From Planctomycetota bacterium (GTDB lineage Bacteria > Planctomycetota > UBA8108 > SXIK01): a stretch of DNA of 64,000 bases. The stretch lies in the NCBI GenBank assembly GCA_965223845.1, contig CBDCXR010000004.1:224001-288000 (forward strand), written 5' to 3'. The notes beneath the pieces were generated by a model that saw only the letters and a list, made by a program, of their open reading frames with translations, was not told the DNA's origin and did not search any database. The position numbers and the translations under genes are program-made. This document shows, piece after piece, positions 38,465 to 47,070 of this stretch; position 1 is the stretch's first letter, and each line of letters opens with the position of its first letter.

Positions 38465-39326
38465 CCGCCGCGTTCGTTGGATTCACCTGGCTGTTGCCGC
38501 ACTTCTCTTCGGTTCCGCTGATCGTCCCGCTCGATCTGCTAGCTGCGTGCATTCGCACGATCTGTGTGCATTTCGAGTTGGTCACGTCACTTCTCCGCTT
38601 CGCCGGTTTCGTTTCGTTCGATAGAGTCTCGTTGACGTTTTTCGTCGTGCTCGTCTCCGAGCGCGAACACGAGCGGCACTCGGACGGAAGGACGGCGGAG
38701 AGAGGAGACGGTCGCCGTCGGCGCGACTCCGTTTCCGCGACGGACGGCATGCGGGTCGCGATCGGATTCGTTCGAAGGGCGATTTTCCCGGCGGGTCTCG
38801 CACGCATTCTTTACACGTGCGGAGAGAGCACCGGCGCGGAGAGGCGGCGATTCCTCCCGATCGGGTGGTGCGGGCTGACCTAGGCTCCGACGATCGTCGA
38901 CCCTTCGAGTAGAAAGTGAACGAGTCGGGAAGCGGGGAGTAGGAGAAGCGAGAGAATCGTCGGCGCTCGCCCGACCGAAAGTCGGAGCGAGACCGAAGGC
39001 CGCGCGACCGCGTTGGGTGAGGCGGCGTGAAGAGAGGCTACGTGAAGAGTCTCGAGGAACGACTCGTCGGCCCGCGGCGTGACGAGTCCACAGAGGGAGG
39101 GTGAGGAGCGTCTGCGTCTCTCGAGTACGTCAAATGATCGGGCGGCCTCGAGAACGAGGCTCCCGCCGGTGCGACTCAGGCTGAGGTGGGGCGACGTCAG
39201 TGAGTCGGTCGCGGCGGGAGCGGCCGAGTGAGCGACGGTATCGGGGCGGCGAGGGGGCCTCCGCGCGATTGGTGGCGTGCGGAAGGTCGGTGGATGCAGG
39301 TCGAGGTGGCTTGGAGGTTGGTGGCG

Positions 39327-40832
39327 ATGGTCTCGGAGCGCGGCGGGAGAGAGCGCGAGACCGGCGCGGCGCACGCGGTGCTCTGGCGAGAGCTCTGCGA
39401 GCGTCTCCGCGAAGAAGTCGGTGACGGGCGTTTCGAGCGGTGGGTGGAGCCGCTCAAGATCGTCTCCGGCGACGGCCCCGATCTCGTCGTCGCCGTTCCG
39501 AACGAGTACATGCGCGACTGGCTCGAGCGGCATTACCTGAGGCGGGTGCGAGCGCTCCTGCGCGAGCCGCTCCGGCGAGTTCGGTTCGAGATCGACCCGG
39601 ATCGCTTCCCCGAATGTGGCCGCGAGCAGGAGGCGGTATTCGGGGGGCGTCCCCCCGGGGCGAGCCGAGCGGTGAATGACGAGGCGTTCGCCGTCTCATC
39701 GTCGCTGGGACTCGACGGCACGGCAGGCCGGGTGGCGTACGAACGGCGCGGCGGGGGCGCGTTTTCCTTGGCCGGTCTCGTCGTGGGGCCGAGCAACCGA
39801 TTTGCGGTCGAGGCCGTTCGACACGTTCTGGCGGCGCCGGGGGATCTCTACTCGCCGCTCTTCCTCTTCGGCCCGTCCGGAGTGGGGAAGACCCACCTCC
39901 TCCGCGGAATCGAAGCCGAGTTTCGGGAGATGCGCGCTCGCTTCTCTCGCGGTGACGGATTGCCCCCCGCGCTCAAGGCGCGTCTCGAGGATGCCGGTCA
40001 AGCCCGCACGTTTCGCGTGCGGTACGTCACCGCCGAGAGTTTCGTCAATCAGTTCCTCGCGTCGCTCAAATCGCGGGAGCTCGCCGCGTTTCGCCAGAAG
40101 TTCCGGAGCGCCGACGTCCTCCTCGTGGACGACGTGCACCTCCTACCCGGAAAAGAGAAGTCGCAGGAGGAGTTTCTCCACACGCTTTGCGCCGTTCACG
40201 AGCGTGGCGGTCAGATCGTGCTCGCGAGTCAGGTGGTCCCGGGCGAACTGATCGGACTGATCCCCGCTCTGCGCGCGCGATTCGTCGGCGGGGTGCCGGT
40301 CGGCGTCAAGGCCCCGGATCGGACGATGCGCCTCGCAGTCCTCGAGCGGGCGGCGGCCCAGCGTGGATCCCGCTTCGACCGCGCCGTGCTCGAGTTCCTC
40401 GCGGATCTCGTCGGCGGGAGCGTGCGCGAGCTTCTCGGGGCCCTCGCGAGGCTGGATCTCACTGCGAGGGTGGAGGGGGGGATCGACGTCGAGCGTGCAC
40501 GGGAGATCCTCGCGGCCGAGTACGTCCGCCGTCCGCGCCGACCGAGCCTCGAGCGTCTCGCCGCGGTCGTGGCCGACTACTACCGCCTGAGCTCGGAGTC
40601 GATCGTGGGGCGGGATCAGCGCCGTGAGGCCACGTTCGCCCGGCAGGTGTTCGTGTTTCTCGCCCGGCAATACACCGACCGGTCGTACCGCGAGATCGGC
40701 CGGTTTCTCGGGGGGAGAAAGCACTCGACGGTGAGCTCCTCGGTGACGAAGATCGGTGCTCGACTCGACGCGGATCCCCACTTCGCGCGAGAGATCGACG
40801 CGCTCGTCGAGCGCGTACAGGCCTTGAGGTGA
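39327..40832 (+). CDS. dnaA: Chromosomal replication initiator DnaA-family protein (divergent paralogue)
   Basis: Domain I (FERWVEPL..VPNEYMRDWL), VVGPSNRFA, PLFLFGPSGVGKTHL, DVLLVDDVH, SVRELLGAL, domain IV ARQVFVFLAR..SYREIGRFLGGRKHSTV; GGAGG before ATG 39327. Confidence 0.9.
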   Translation: MVSERGGRERETGAAHAVLWRELCERLREEVGDGRFERWVEPLKIVSGDGPDLVVAVPNEYMRDWLERHYLRRVRALLREPLRRVRFEIDPDRFPECGREQEAVFGGRPPGASRAVNDEAFAVSSSLGLDGTAGRVAYERRGGGAFSLAGLVVGPSNRFAVEAVRHVLAAPGDLYSPLFLFGPSGVGKTHLLRGIEAEFREMRARFSRGDGLPPALKARLEDAGQARTFRVRYVTAESFVNQFLASLKSRELAAFRQKFRSADVLLVDDVHLLPGKEKSQEEFLHTLCAVHERGGQIVLASQVVPGELIGLIPALRARFVGGVPVGVKAPDRTMRLAVLERAAAQRGSRFDRAVLEFLADLVGGSVRELLGALARLDLTARVEGGIDVERAREILAAEYVRRPRRPSLERLAAVVADYYRLSSESIVGRDQRREATFARQVFVFLARQYTDRSYREIGRFLGGRKHSTVSSSVTKIGARLDADPHFAREIDALVERVQALR

Positions 40833-40934
40833 CCGCCTCGATCGGTCCCGGTTCGGGCGCTCCGGGGGGATCCGTCGCCCCCGTTCGGGGGGTGTCGGGG
40901 GACCTTATTTCGCCTGGTCGGCCGGATGGCGCTG

Positions 40935-40943
40935 TGCTAAAAT
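40935..40943 (+). promoter_or_regulatory. Extended -10 element (TGcTAAAAT)
   Basis: TG-n-TAAAAT in an AT-rich patch ~410 nt before the next CDS. Confidence 0.45.
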
Positions 40944-41358
40944 TTTGGTTCGCGCCGGTCGGTCGGCGTCCCACCTAAGAGCGGCGTCGCACGTCCGCTC
41001 TCGATGTCCCTTTTTTGCATTGAACTCCCAGTGGGTTCCTCGCTTCGAGGGGGAGCTCGACACTCGTCACGGTGACCCGCCGTCGGCGGACGCCGGGCGA
41101 CAATCTGCTCGTAAACTACTGCTGGTAACCGTACGCGCCGACAGATTCGGCGCGTGGGGAGGTCGACTCCCGACGTATCCCTTTCGGCCGGCCGTCCACC
41201 GGTGGCGGCCGACCGAGAGAGCGCGGAGGAGGCCGGGGAATTCAGGCGAGTCTACCGGCGACGTGATCGCGTTATTTGGATCCCGCCCGAAAGCTCGTTA
41301 GGATCTCTTCGAAGAGACGGAGAGTCTGGTCCGCGAAGAAATGGAGAAAGGGCTTCTC

Positions 41359-41703
41359 ATGCGCGACAAGGTTTTGATCGCACTTCTTTCGGTTTGCTGC
41401 ACGCTTCTCGCCGTCAATATGGGGGCGCTGTGGCAGCAGGGAGCCGTCAACGAAGCGTACGGACAGGCCGGAGGCGGGGGGACTGAGGGTGGCGGAGTGA
41501 TCGTCGCGACCGTCGGTACCCAGAATGAGTCGATGTGCTACATCTATCACACGGAATCGAAGCACCTCGTCGCCTACTCCGCGCGCGGGAACGGCGGAAT
41601 CAAAGTGTCCGGCGTTCGCAATACGGAATTCGACAACGGCTTCGACGAAGTGAACAAGCACTTCACCGTCAAGCAGGCGAGAGCGAACTCGAAGAAACCC
41701 TAA
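41359..41703 (+). CDS. Small membrane-anchored/exported hypothetical protein
   Basis: MRDKVLIALLSVCCTLLAVN hydrophobic start; beta-strand-rich body; alternative start 41341. Confidence 0.75.
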   Translation: MRDKVLIALLSVCCTLLAVNMGALWQQGAVNEAYGQAGGGGTEGGGVIVATVGTQNESMCYIYHTESKHLVAYSARGNGGIKVSGVRNTEFDNGFDEVNKHFTVKQARANSKKP

Positions 41704-41839
41704 AAACTCCATCGACTCGATGAACCCGGAGCCGCCGGCGTCGCGCTGGCGGCCTCCGCAGCCAACGACTGAATCGACTGCACCTGGAGAAGATCGAGTC
41801 TCCGTCCTTGAGACCGTCTAAGACTAAGAGGAAGGCACC

Positions 41840-42763
41840 GTGAGTGAAGACCGCATGAGCTTCGATGAGGCCTGTCGGGCGCTCGGGATCTCTGAAGCAG
41901 AGCTCGAAGCGCTCGTCGCGGCCGGAGAAATCTCGAGCGTGAAGGAGGGCGACACGCTCTACTTCAAGCCCGATGTCGTCGAGAAGTACAAGGAGTCTCG
42001 TGACGGCGAAGCGACCATTCTGCTCGCCGACGACGATCTTCCTCTGCTCGAGGACGACGGTCTCGAGGAGATCGATCTTCTCGCGATGGACGACTCGGAG
42101 GAGACCGCGCCGACGACTCCCGTCGAGCCGGCTCCGGCCGCGGCCGAGGAGATCACGCTCGACGCCGCCGCCGAGAGCGTCGACGACGCGGTGGAAGAGC
42201 TTTCTCTCGACGACGACCTCCCGGACATCGATCTCGACTTCGGTGGGGAAGACCTCGAGACCACGGCCGTTCCCGAGGCGTCGAGCGACGCGGGTGAGGA
42301 GCTCGACGAGACGCTTCTCAATCTCGACGGGCTCCTCGAGGAAGAGGCGGAATCGACGACGCCGGTGGCCGCTGCAGGCGACGATCTTCTCGCCGGAGAC
42401 GATCTCCTCGGTGAGGACACGCTTCTCGACACCGATCTCGACTTCGGTGAAGAGACCGACACGTTCGAGGTGGACACCGTCGACGATCTCGCCGGCGACA
42501 TCACCGAGGAGGCGACGCTCCTCCGCGGCGGCGGCGCGCGAGTCATGCAGATGAAGAAGAAGGAGAGCCACGTTGCGATGACGATCGTCCTCGCGGTATC
42601 CGCTCTGCTTCTCCTCGTCCCGCTCGCGGTCGTGACGAGCACGATCTATCTCGAGGCGGCCGACGCGGAGGCGGGTCTCCCCGACCCGGACGCCCAGAAG
42701 TGGGTCTCCGACTACAATTTCCTCGGCGGCGCGGTGAACGGCATCGCCGACGCGTTCAAGTAG
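41840..42763 (+). CDS. MerR/excisionase-type helix-turn-helix protein with very acidic linker and C-terminal TM
   Basis: GAGGAAGG RBS; MSFDEACRALGISEAELEALVAAGEISSVKEGDTLYF (HTH_17-like); ~165-aa D/E-rich linker; TM MTIVLAVSALLLLVPLAVV. Confidence 0.82.
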   Translation: MSEDRMSFDEACRALGISEAELEALVAAGEISSVKEGDTLYFKPDVVEKYKESRDGEATILLADDDLPLLEDDGLEEIDLLAMDDSEETAPTTPVEPAPAAAEEITLDAAAESVDDAVEELSLDDDLPDIDLDFGGEDLETTAVPEASSDAGEELDETLLNLDGLLEEEAESTTPVAAAGDDLLAGDDLLGEDTLLDTDLDFGEETDTFEVDTVDDLAGDITEEATLLRGGGARVMQMKKKESHVAMTIVLAVSALLLLVPLAVVTSTIYLEAADAEAGLPDPDAQKWVSDYNFLGGAVNGIADAFK

Positions 42764-42818
42764 CCGGACCAGCATCGGCGAGAGCGCGGCTCGAAGGCCT
42801 CCCGCCCAGAATGATTCT

Positions 42819-42857
42819 CAAAACGCCCCGCGGTCGTCCCGGCCGCGGGGCGTTTTG
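42819..42857. terminator. Intrinsic (possibly bidirectional) terminator
   Basis: CAAAACGCCCCGCGGTC-GTCCC-GGCCGCGGGGCGTTTTG. Confidence 0.75.
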
Positions 42858-42907
42858 CGTTCGGCCTCGGCAGGCGCGCGGCCGCGGCAGCCGAGCGACA
42901 AAAGAGC

Positions 42908-42937
42908 TTTACAGGAACATCGCGGCTCGGGTATAAC
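42908..42937 (+). promoter_or_regulatory. Sigma70-type promoter for the OmpA-like gene
   Basis: TTTACA, 18-nt spacer, TATAAC. Confidence 0.55.
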
Positions 42938-43341
42938 CCCGAGAAATCTGAGCGCGAGCCGGAGCGATGGCGCCGGTCGCGCGAGATGATCGCTGCGCCG
43001 ACGCAGCGGTGAAGTGAAGAGTTTTAGAGGATCTCTTGGAGCGGGTGCCGGCGATTTCCGGCGGTCGTATCCGGACCGGGCTCGGAGCGTCGCGTGAGCT
43101 TCCTCACGGCGGCATCGCTGGAGTCTCCCGGCAACCCGGACGGCGGATCGGTAAGCGGCACACCGGCGATGCACCGGACCCGCGGTGGCTCGGTATCGCT
43201 GGTATCGTCCCTGCTTCCGCGTACGCGGTGGGAACGAGTCGCGAGAGCGTCTTCGGCCGCTTGTACGGCGGTCGACGCGGCCGGTCGCTCGGCCCGCATA
43301 GCGCGCCCGTTTCGTTAGGTCACAGTCTTGGAGGGAAGAGG

Positions 43342-44082
43342 ATGTCTTTTGCGAACACGTCGCTCTACCGGGTGGCGCGCAGTGCGGTGGTCTTGGGCTT
43401 CGCGGCCCTCCTCGGAACGGGTTGCGTGCCGTATCAGAAGTATCGCGACACGGTGTCGTTGCTCGAGAAGGCCAAGGCGGCGAACGCCGACCTGATCAAG
43501 AAGTACAACACCCTCACGGCGAAGTACCTCGCACTCGGAGGGGACGCAGCCAATCCGGCCCAGGTCGCGGCACTCAAGGAGCAGATCCGTCAGCTCCAGG
43601 AACAGTTGAACCGCGACGCCCCCGAGTTCGCGTTCAAGGAAGATGAGATCCCCGCCGAGGCGCGGCGCGAGGGAGCCGGAGGCATCGCCTTCCCCGACCA
43701 GCTTCTCTTTACCCCGGGAAGCGCAAAGCTGAAGACGACCGCGAGCCCCGCGCTCGATCAGATCGTCGACCTCCTCCGCACGAATTACTCGACGGAGCGG
43801 GTGGTCATCGAGGGACACTGCGACAACCAGCCGCTACGCGCGACGGAGAAGCTTTGGACGGACAATATGAACCTGTCCTACAACCGCGCGCGCGCCGTCT
43901 TCGAGTACTTCAAGAGCCGCGGCGTTCCGGAAGAGCGGATGATCGTTCACGCCTACTCGTACAATAAGCCGGTCGATCCCACGACGGTGAACACGTCGGA
44001 GGGGCGCCGTCTCAATCGTCGAGTTGTCGTCCGCCGGACGGGACAGCAGATCTTCCCGACGGCTACGGCGATGCGGGACTGA
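43342..44082 (+). CDS. OmpA/MotB-family peptidoglycan-binding lipoprotein
   Basis: GGAGG RBS; lipobox LLGTG-C; coiled coil; LLFTPGSAKL, IEGHCDN, NMNLSYNRARAV, GRRLNRRV. Confidence 0.9.
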   Translation: MSFANTSLYRVARSAVVLGFAALLGTGCVPYQKYRDTVSLLEKAKAANADLIKKYNTLTAKYLALGGDAANPAQVAALKEQIRQLQEQLNRDAPEFAFKEDEIPAEARREGAGGIAFPDQLLFTPGSAKLKTTASPALDQIVDLLRTNYSTERVVIEGHCDNQPLRATEKLWTDNMNLSYNRARAVFEYFKSRGVPEERMIVHAYSYNKPVDPTTVNTSEGRRLNRRVVVRRTGQQIFPTATAMRD

Positions 44083-44862
44083 TTGGTTCGCAAGCGCTTT
44101 GCGCTTGCGAACCAATCAGTTTCTTTTGAGGGGGCTTTCGCGAAGCCCCCTCGCCCTCGCGGCTCTGCCGCGAGGGCTCACCCCGACGAGCGCGAGCCGT
44201 TGGCTCGCGTTTCTGGTGCCCGGGGTGTTTGGGTGTTCCGGGGCGAATTGGTTCGCGAGCGCCGAGCGCTTGCGAACCAATCAGTTTCTTTTGAGGGGGC
44301 TTTCGCGAGGCCCCCTCGCCCTCGCGGCTCTGCCGCGAGGGCTCACCCCGACGAGCGCGAGCCGTTGGCTCGCGGTTCAGGTGCTCGGGGTGTTTGGGTG
44401 TTCCGGGGCGAATTGGTTCGCGAGCGCTGAGCGCTTGCGAACCAGTCAGTATTCTTTTGAGGGGGCTTTCGCGAAGCCCCCTCGCCCTCGCGGCTCTGCC
44501 GCGAGGGCTCACCCCGACGAGCGCGAGCCGTTGGCTCGCGTTCTGGTGCTCGGGGTGTTTGGGTGTTCCGGGGCGAATTGGTTCGCGAGCGCCGAGCGCT
44601 TGCGAACCAATCAGTTTCTTTTGAGGGGGCTTTCGCGAAGCCCCTCGTCTTCGCGGCTTCGCCGCGCGGGCTCGCTCCGTGGAGCGCGAGCCTCCGGCTC
44701 GCGGTTTCGGGAGGTGTCGGATACTCGAGGTGCGGTGTACTTGCCGCGCCCTTGTGTCCGCGGCGGGGCGCTCGCCAAGCGGAACTTCGCGAAGCCCCCT
44801 CGCCCTTGCGGCTTTGCCGCGCGGGTTCACCGCGAGGAGCGCGAGCCTCCGGCTCGCGGTTC
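44078..44862. repeat. Tandem array of 165-bp multi-hairpin units (3 complete, 1 diverging, 1 partial)
   Basis: ATTGGTTCGC recurs at 44082, 44247, 44412 and 44577 (period 165). Each unit has stems ATTGGTTCGC(A/G)AGCGC/GCGCTTGCGAACCAAT, GAGGGGGCTT/AAGCCCCCTC, GCCCTCGCGGC/GCCGCGAGGGC and CGCGAGCC/GGCTCGCG. Confidence 0.95.
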
Positions 44863-44982
44863 CGGATCCTCGGCATTTGGCGAAGCCGCGAGGTCTTGAT
44901 CCTCCCCGCCTTCCGCCGCGTTTTTCGGGACCTCGGCGTGAACCTCTTCACGAACGGCCTCGAGTTCGCGAGCATGCGGGGT

Positions 44983-45891
44983 ATGTCCTCAAGGAGTCCC
45001 GATCCCAACCGACCGTCGCGAGGTGGAGTTCTCGATCGCTTGAGGCGTGCGGGACTCGAGCCCGATCCGCGCCGCGATCAGCACTTCCTCGTCGATCCGT
45101 CGCTCCTGCGAGCCGTCGTCCGCGACGCCGGCGTGACACCGGACGACGCGATCCTCGAGATCGGTACGGGCGCAGGTACGCTGACCCGCGCGCTCGCGGA
45201 GCGAGCCCGATGCGTCGTGACGATCGACCTCGATTCGTCGCTCGTCGCGTTTGCGCGGCGAGAGCTCGAGGGCTGCGAAAACGTTCGATTCCTCTGCGGT
45301 GATGCGCTGGATGGCCGAGAGCTCGCGCCCGATCTCAGGCGGGAGGTGGCCGAACTCGGCTCGTTTCTCTGGGTATCGAACCTTCCCTACAGTGTCGCGA
45401 CGCCCTTGATCGGCGCCGTCCTCGAGGGCGGGACTTCCTGGCGTCGAGCCCATCTCCTCGTCCAGCGTGAAGTCGCCGAGCGAATGGCCGCGGAGAAGGG
45501 AACTCGATCGTACGGACCCCTCAGTCTCCTCGTCTCGTATTGGGCGCACACTCGGCTGGGACGCCGGGTCGCGCCGGGCGCGTTCCTCCCGCCCCCGCGA
45601 GTCGAGTCTCGGTTCGTTGCGCTGGAGCCGCGGTCGGGATCCGAGGCGTCCCCGGAGCTCTATCACTCGTATCGGTGGTGGGTTCTGGCACTCTTCCGAC
45701 ACCGGAGGAAGCAGCTCGAAGGGATCATTCGCGCCCTCGCCTTGCCCGGGATCGAGCCCCGATCGGTCGTCGCGTGCCTCGCCGCAGACCCGAAGACCCG
45801 TCCCGAGCGGATCTCGCGAGACCAGTTCGTGAGGCTCGCCGAAGCCATCCCGGCCCCGTTTCGCCGGCCTGGGCCCGACCTGCCGGCCTGA
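44983..45891 (+). CDS. rsmA: 16S rRNA adenine dimethyltransferase (KsgA/RsmA)
   Basis: QHFLVD, ILEIGTGAGTLT, VSNLPYSVATP, VQREVAERM, YGPLS, AFLPPPRVES, FRHRRKQL; start 44983 or 44974. Confidence 0.93.
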   Translation: MSSRSPDPNRPSRGGVLDRLRRAGLEPDPRRDQHFLVDPSLLRAVVRDAGVTPDDAILEIGTGAGTLTRALAERARCVVTIDLDSSLVAFARRELEGCENVRFLCGDALDGRELAPDLRREVAELGSFLWVSNLPYSVATPLIGAVLEGGTSWRRAHLLVQREVAERMAAEKGTRSYGPLSLLVSYWAHTRLGRRVAPGAFLPPPRVESRFVALEPRSGSEASPELYHSYRWWVLALFRHRRKQLEGIIRALALPGIEPRSVVACLAADPKTRPERISRDQFVRLAEAIPAPFRRPGPDLPA

Positions 45892-45974
45892 TTTTCGGGG
45901 GGACGAACCGGGATCGCCCGCCGCCCGGAGGCGGCCGCGACCTTCGCCGGAGGAAAAAACCGCGCGGAACCAAT

Positions 45975-46004
45975 TTGACAAGCTTTTGTCGAGATTTTTA
46001 GAAT
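45975..46004 (+). promoter_or_regulatory. Sigma70-type promoter ~1.06 kb upstream of dnaG
   Basis: TTGACA (45975-45980), 18-nt spacer, TAGAAT (45999-46004); GACAA..TTGTC dyad overlaps the -35 and spacer. Confidence 0.7.
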
Positions 46005-47070
46005 AGGCAGCTTGTGCGAATTTGATCTTCAGGACGCCGATCCGGACGTCTTACCCCCGCCGAGGCGGGAGATTCGTCGGAGCGGCCGTTGCTTCCGTCT
46101 GGGAGTGTGTCCAGACCGTTCGTTCTCGGGGTGTTCGGCGCACGGGAGAGTGCCGAGCGGGAGCGGGCTTCGGACGGTTCGGTGCTGTCGGGAAGGGACG
46201 AGAGGTTCGGCGTGGAGTCGGGATTCGTTCGGCGAACGCGGGCCGATATCCACAATTCCTCGAGGATCGCGGAAGGAGGCGGGAGTCGGCGAGCTCCAAA
46301 GGTGATGGAGGGAGCCGGCGAAATCCTCACGCGCGTTCGGCGTGCGGGAGCGATCCCGGAATCGATAGCACTCTGGACTCGACGTCCGGTTGATTAGTTT
46401 CTGGCGCAAAGCGGCGTTTGGGCGACAACCGCTCGAACACCCGCGAGTTAGCGCGTGGATCTGCGGCGGAAGATTCCGAGAGCCATGTTGTTCTCGAGTC
46501 GGACGCTGCGACGGGGATTGGCGCGCATCGACTCGATCCGAGGGTGTGCGGGGCAGGTGTCTGCGAGCGAGACGAGCGTCGAGTCGGTGCGGAGCGAGAG
46601 AAACGGGGAGCGTGGAGAGTTTGGAACAGTAAGTGAGGAGCTCCCGGGGGACCGGGAATTCAGAGGAGCTCCGACTCGGCCCGGGCCGCGGCGCCGGCAC
46701 CCACGATACGTGCGGCGCAGAGACGGCGGACGAGTCGCAACGAACCTAACCGGTCGAGGGAGCCTCGGGGAGGCGCTCGGCGAACGGCGTAGAGCGACGA
46801 AAAAAGGTACGCCGAGCGTCGGGCGATCCGAGATCCCCTCGCGATCAATGCCGTTCTCGTGGCCCTTCGGAACCGCAGTGACTGCGACGCCGGACGAGTT
46901 CGCGGGACGGATACCGACGAAGTGGCTCAAGTAGGCGGGGTGCAGGCGTGGGAGCGGCGAGACGTCGCGCGCGACCCCGGAAGGAGACGAGCCAGGGAGG
47001 CGGCGCCGGCGAGAATCGAGACCTGCGATTCGGCAGGACGACACCCGAGCGCGCGGTACCTGAGAGCACG

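Noticed and set aside
38274-39326. oriC next to dnaA
   Set aside because: No DnaA-box cluster or AT-rich unwinding element is visible and no dnaN follows; it cannot be fully excluded if this lineage's boxes differ.
41840-41990. Prophage/ICE excisionase
   Set aside because: The HTH is fused to an acidic linker and TM helix, and there is no integrase, att site or compositional shift nearby.
43192-43209. GGTATCG direct repeat in the OmpA-like leader
   Set aside because: Only two 7-bp copies, which is compatible with chance.
44078-44862. CRISPR array
   Set aside because: Units are 165 bp and near-identical over their whole length, with no unique spacers and no cas genes in the window.
44024-45008. 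ORFs of 115-291 aa across the repeat array, and the long N-terminal extension of rsmA from 44563
   Set aside because: A 165-bp period (divisible by 3) keeps frames open by itself; the products have no motifs and RsmA similarity begins near 44983.
46970-47000. SRP RNA (CCGGAAGG loop)
   Set aside because: It lacks the conserved CAGG..AGCAG internal-loop context.
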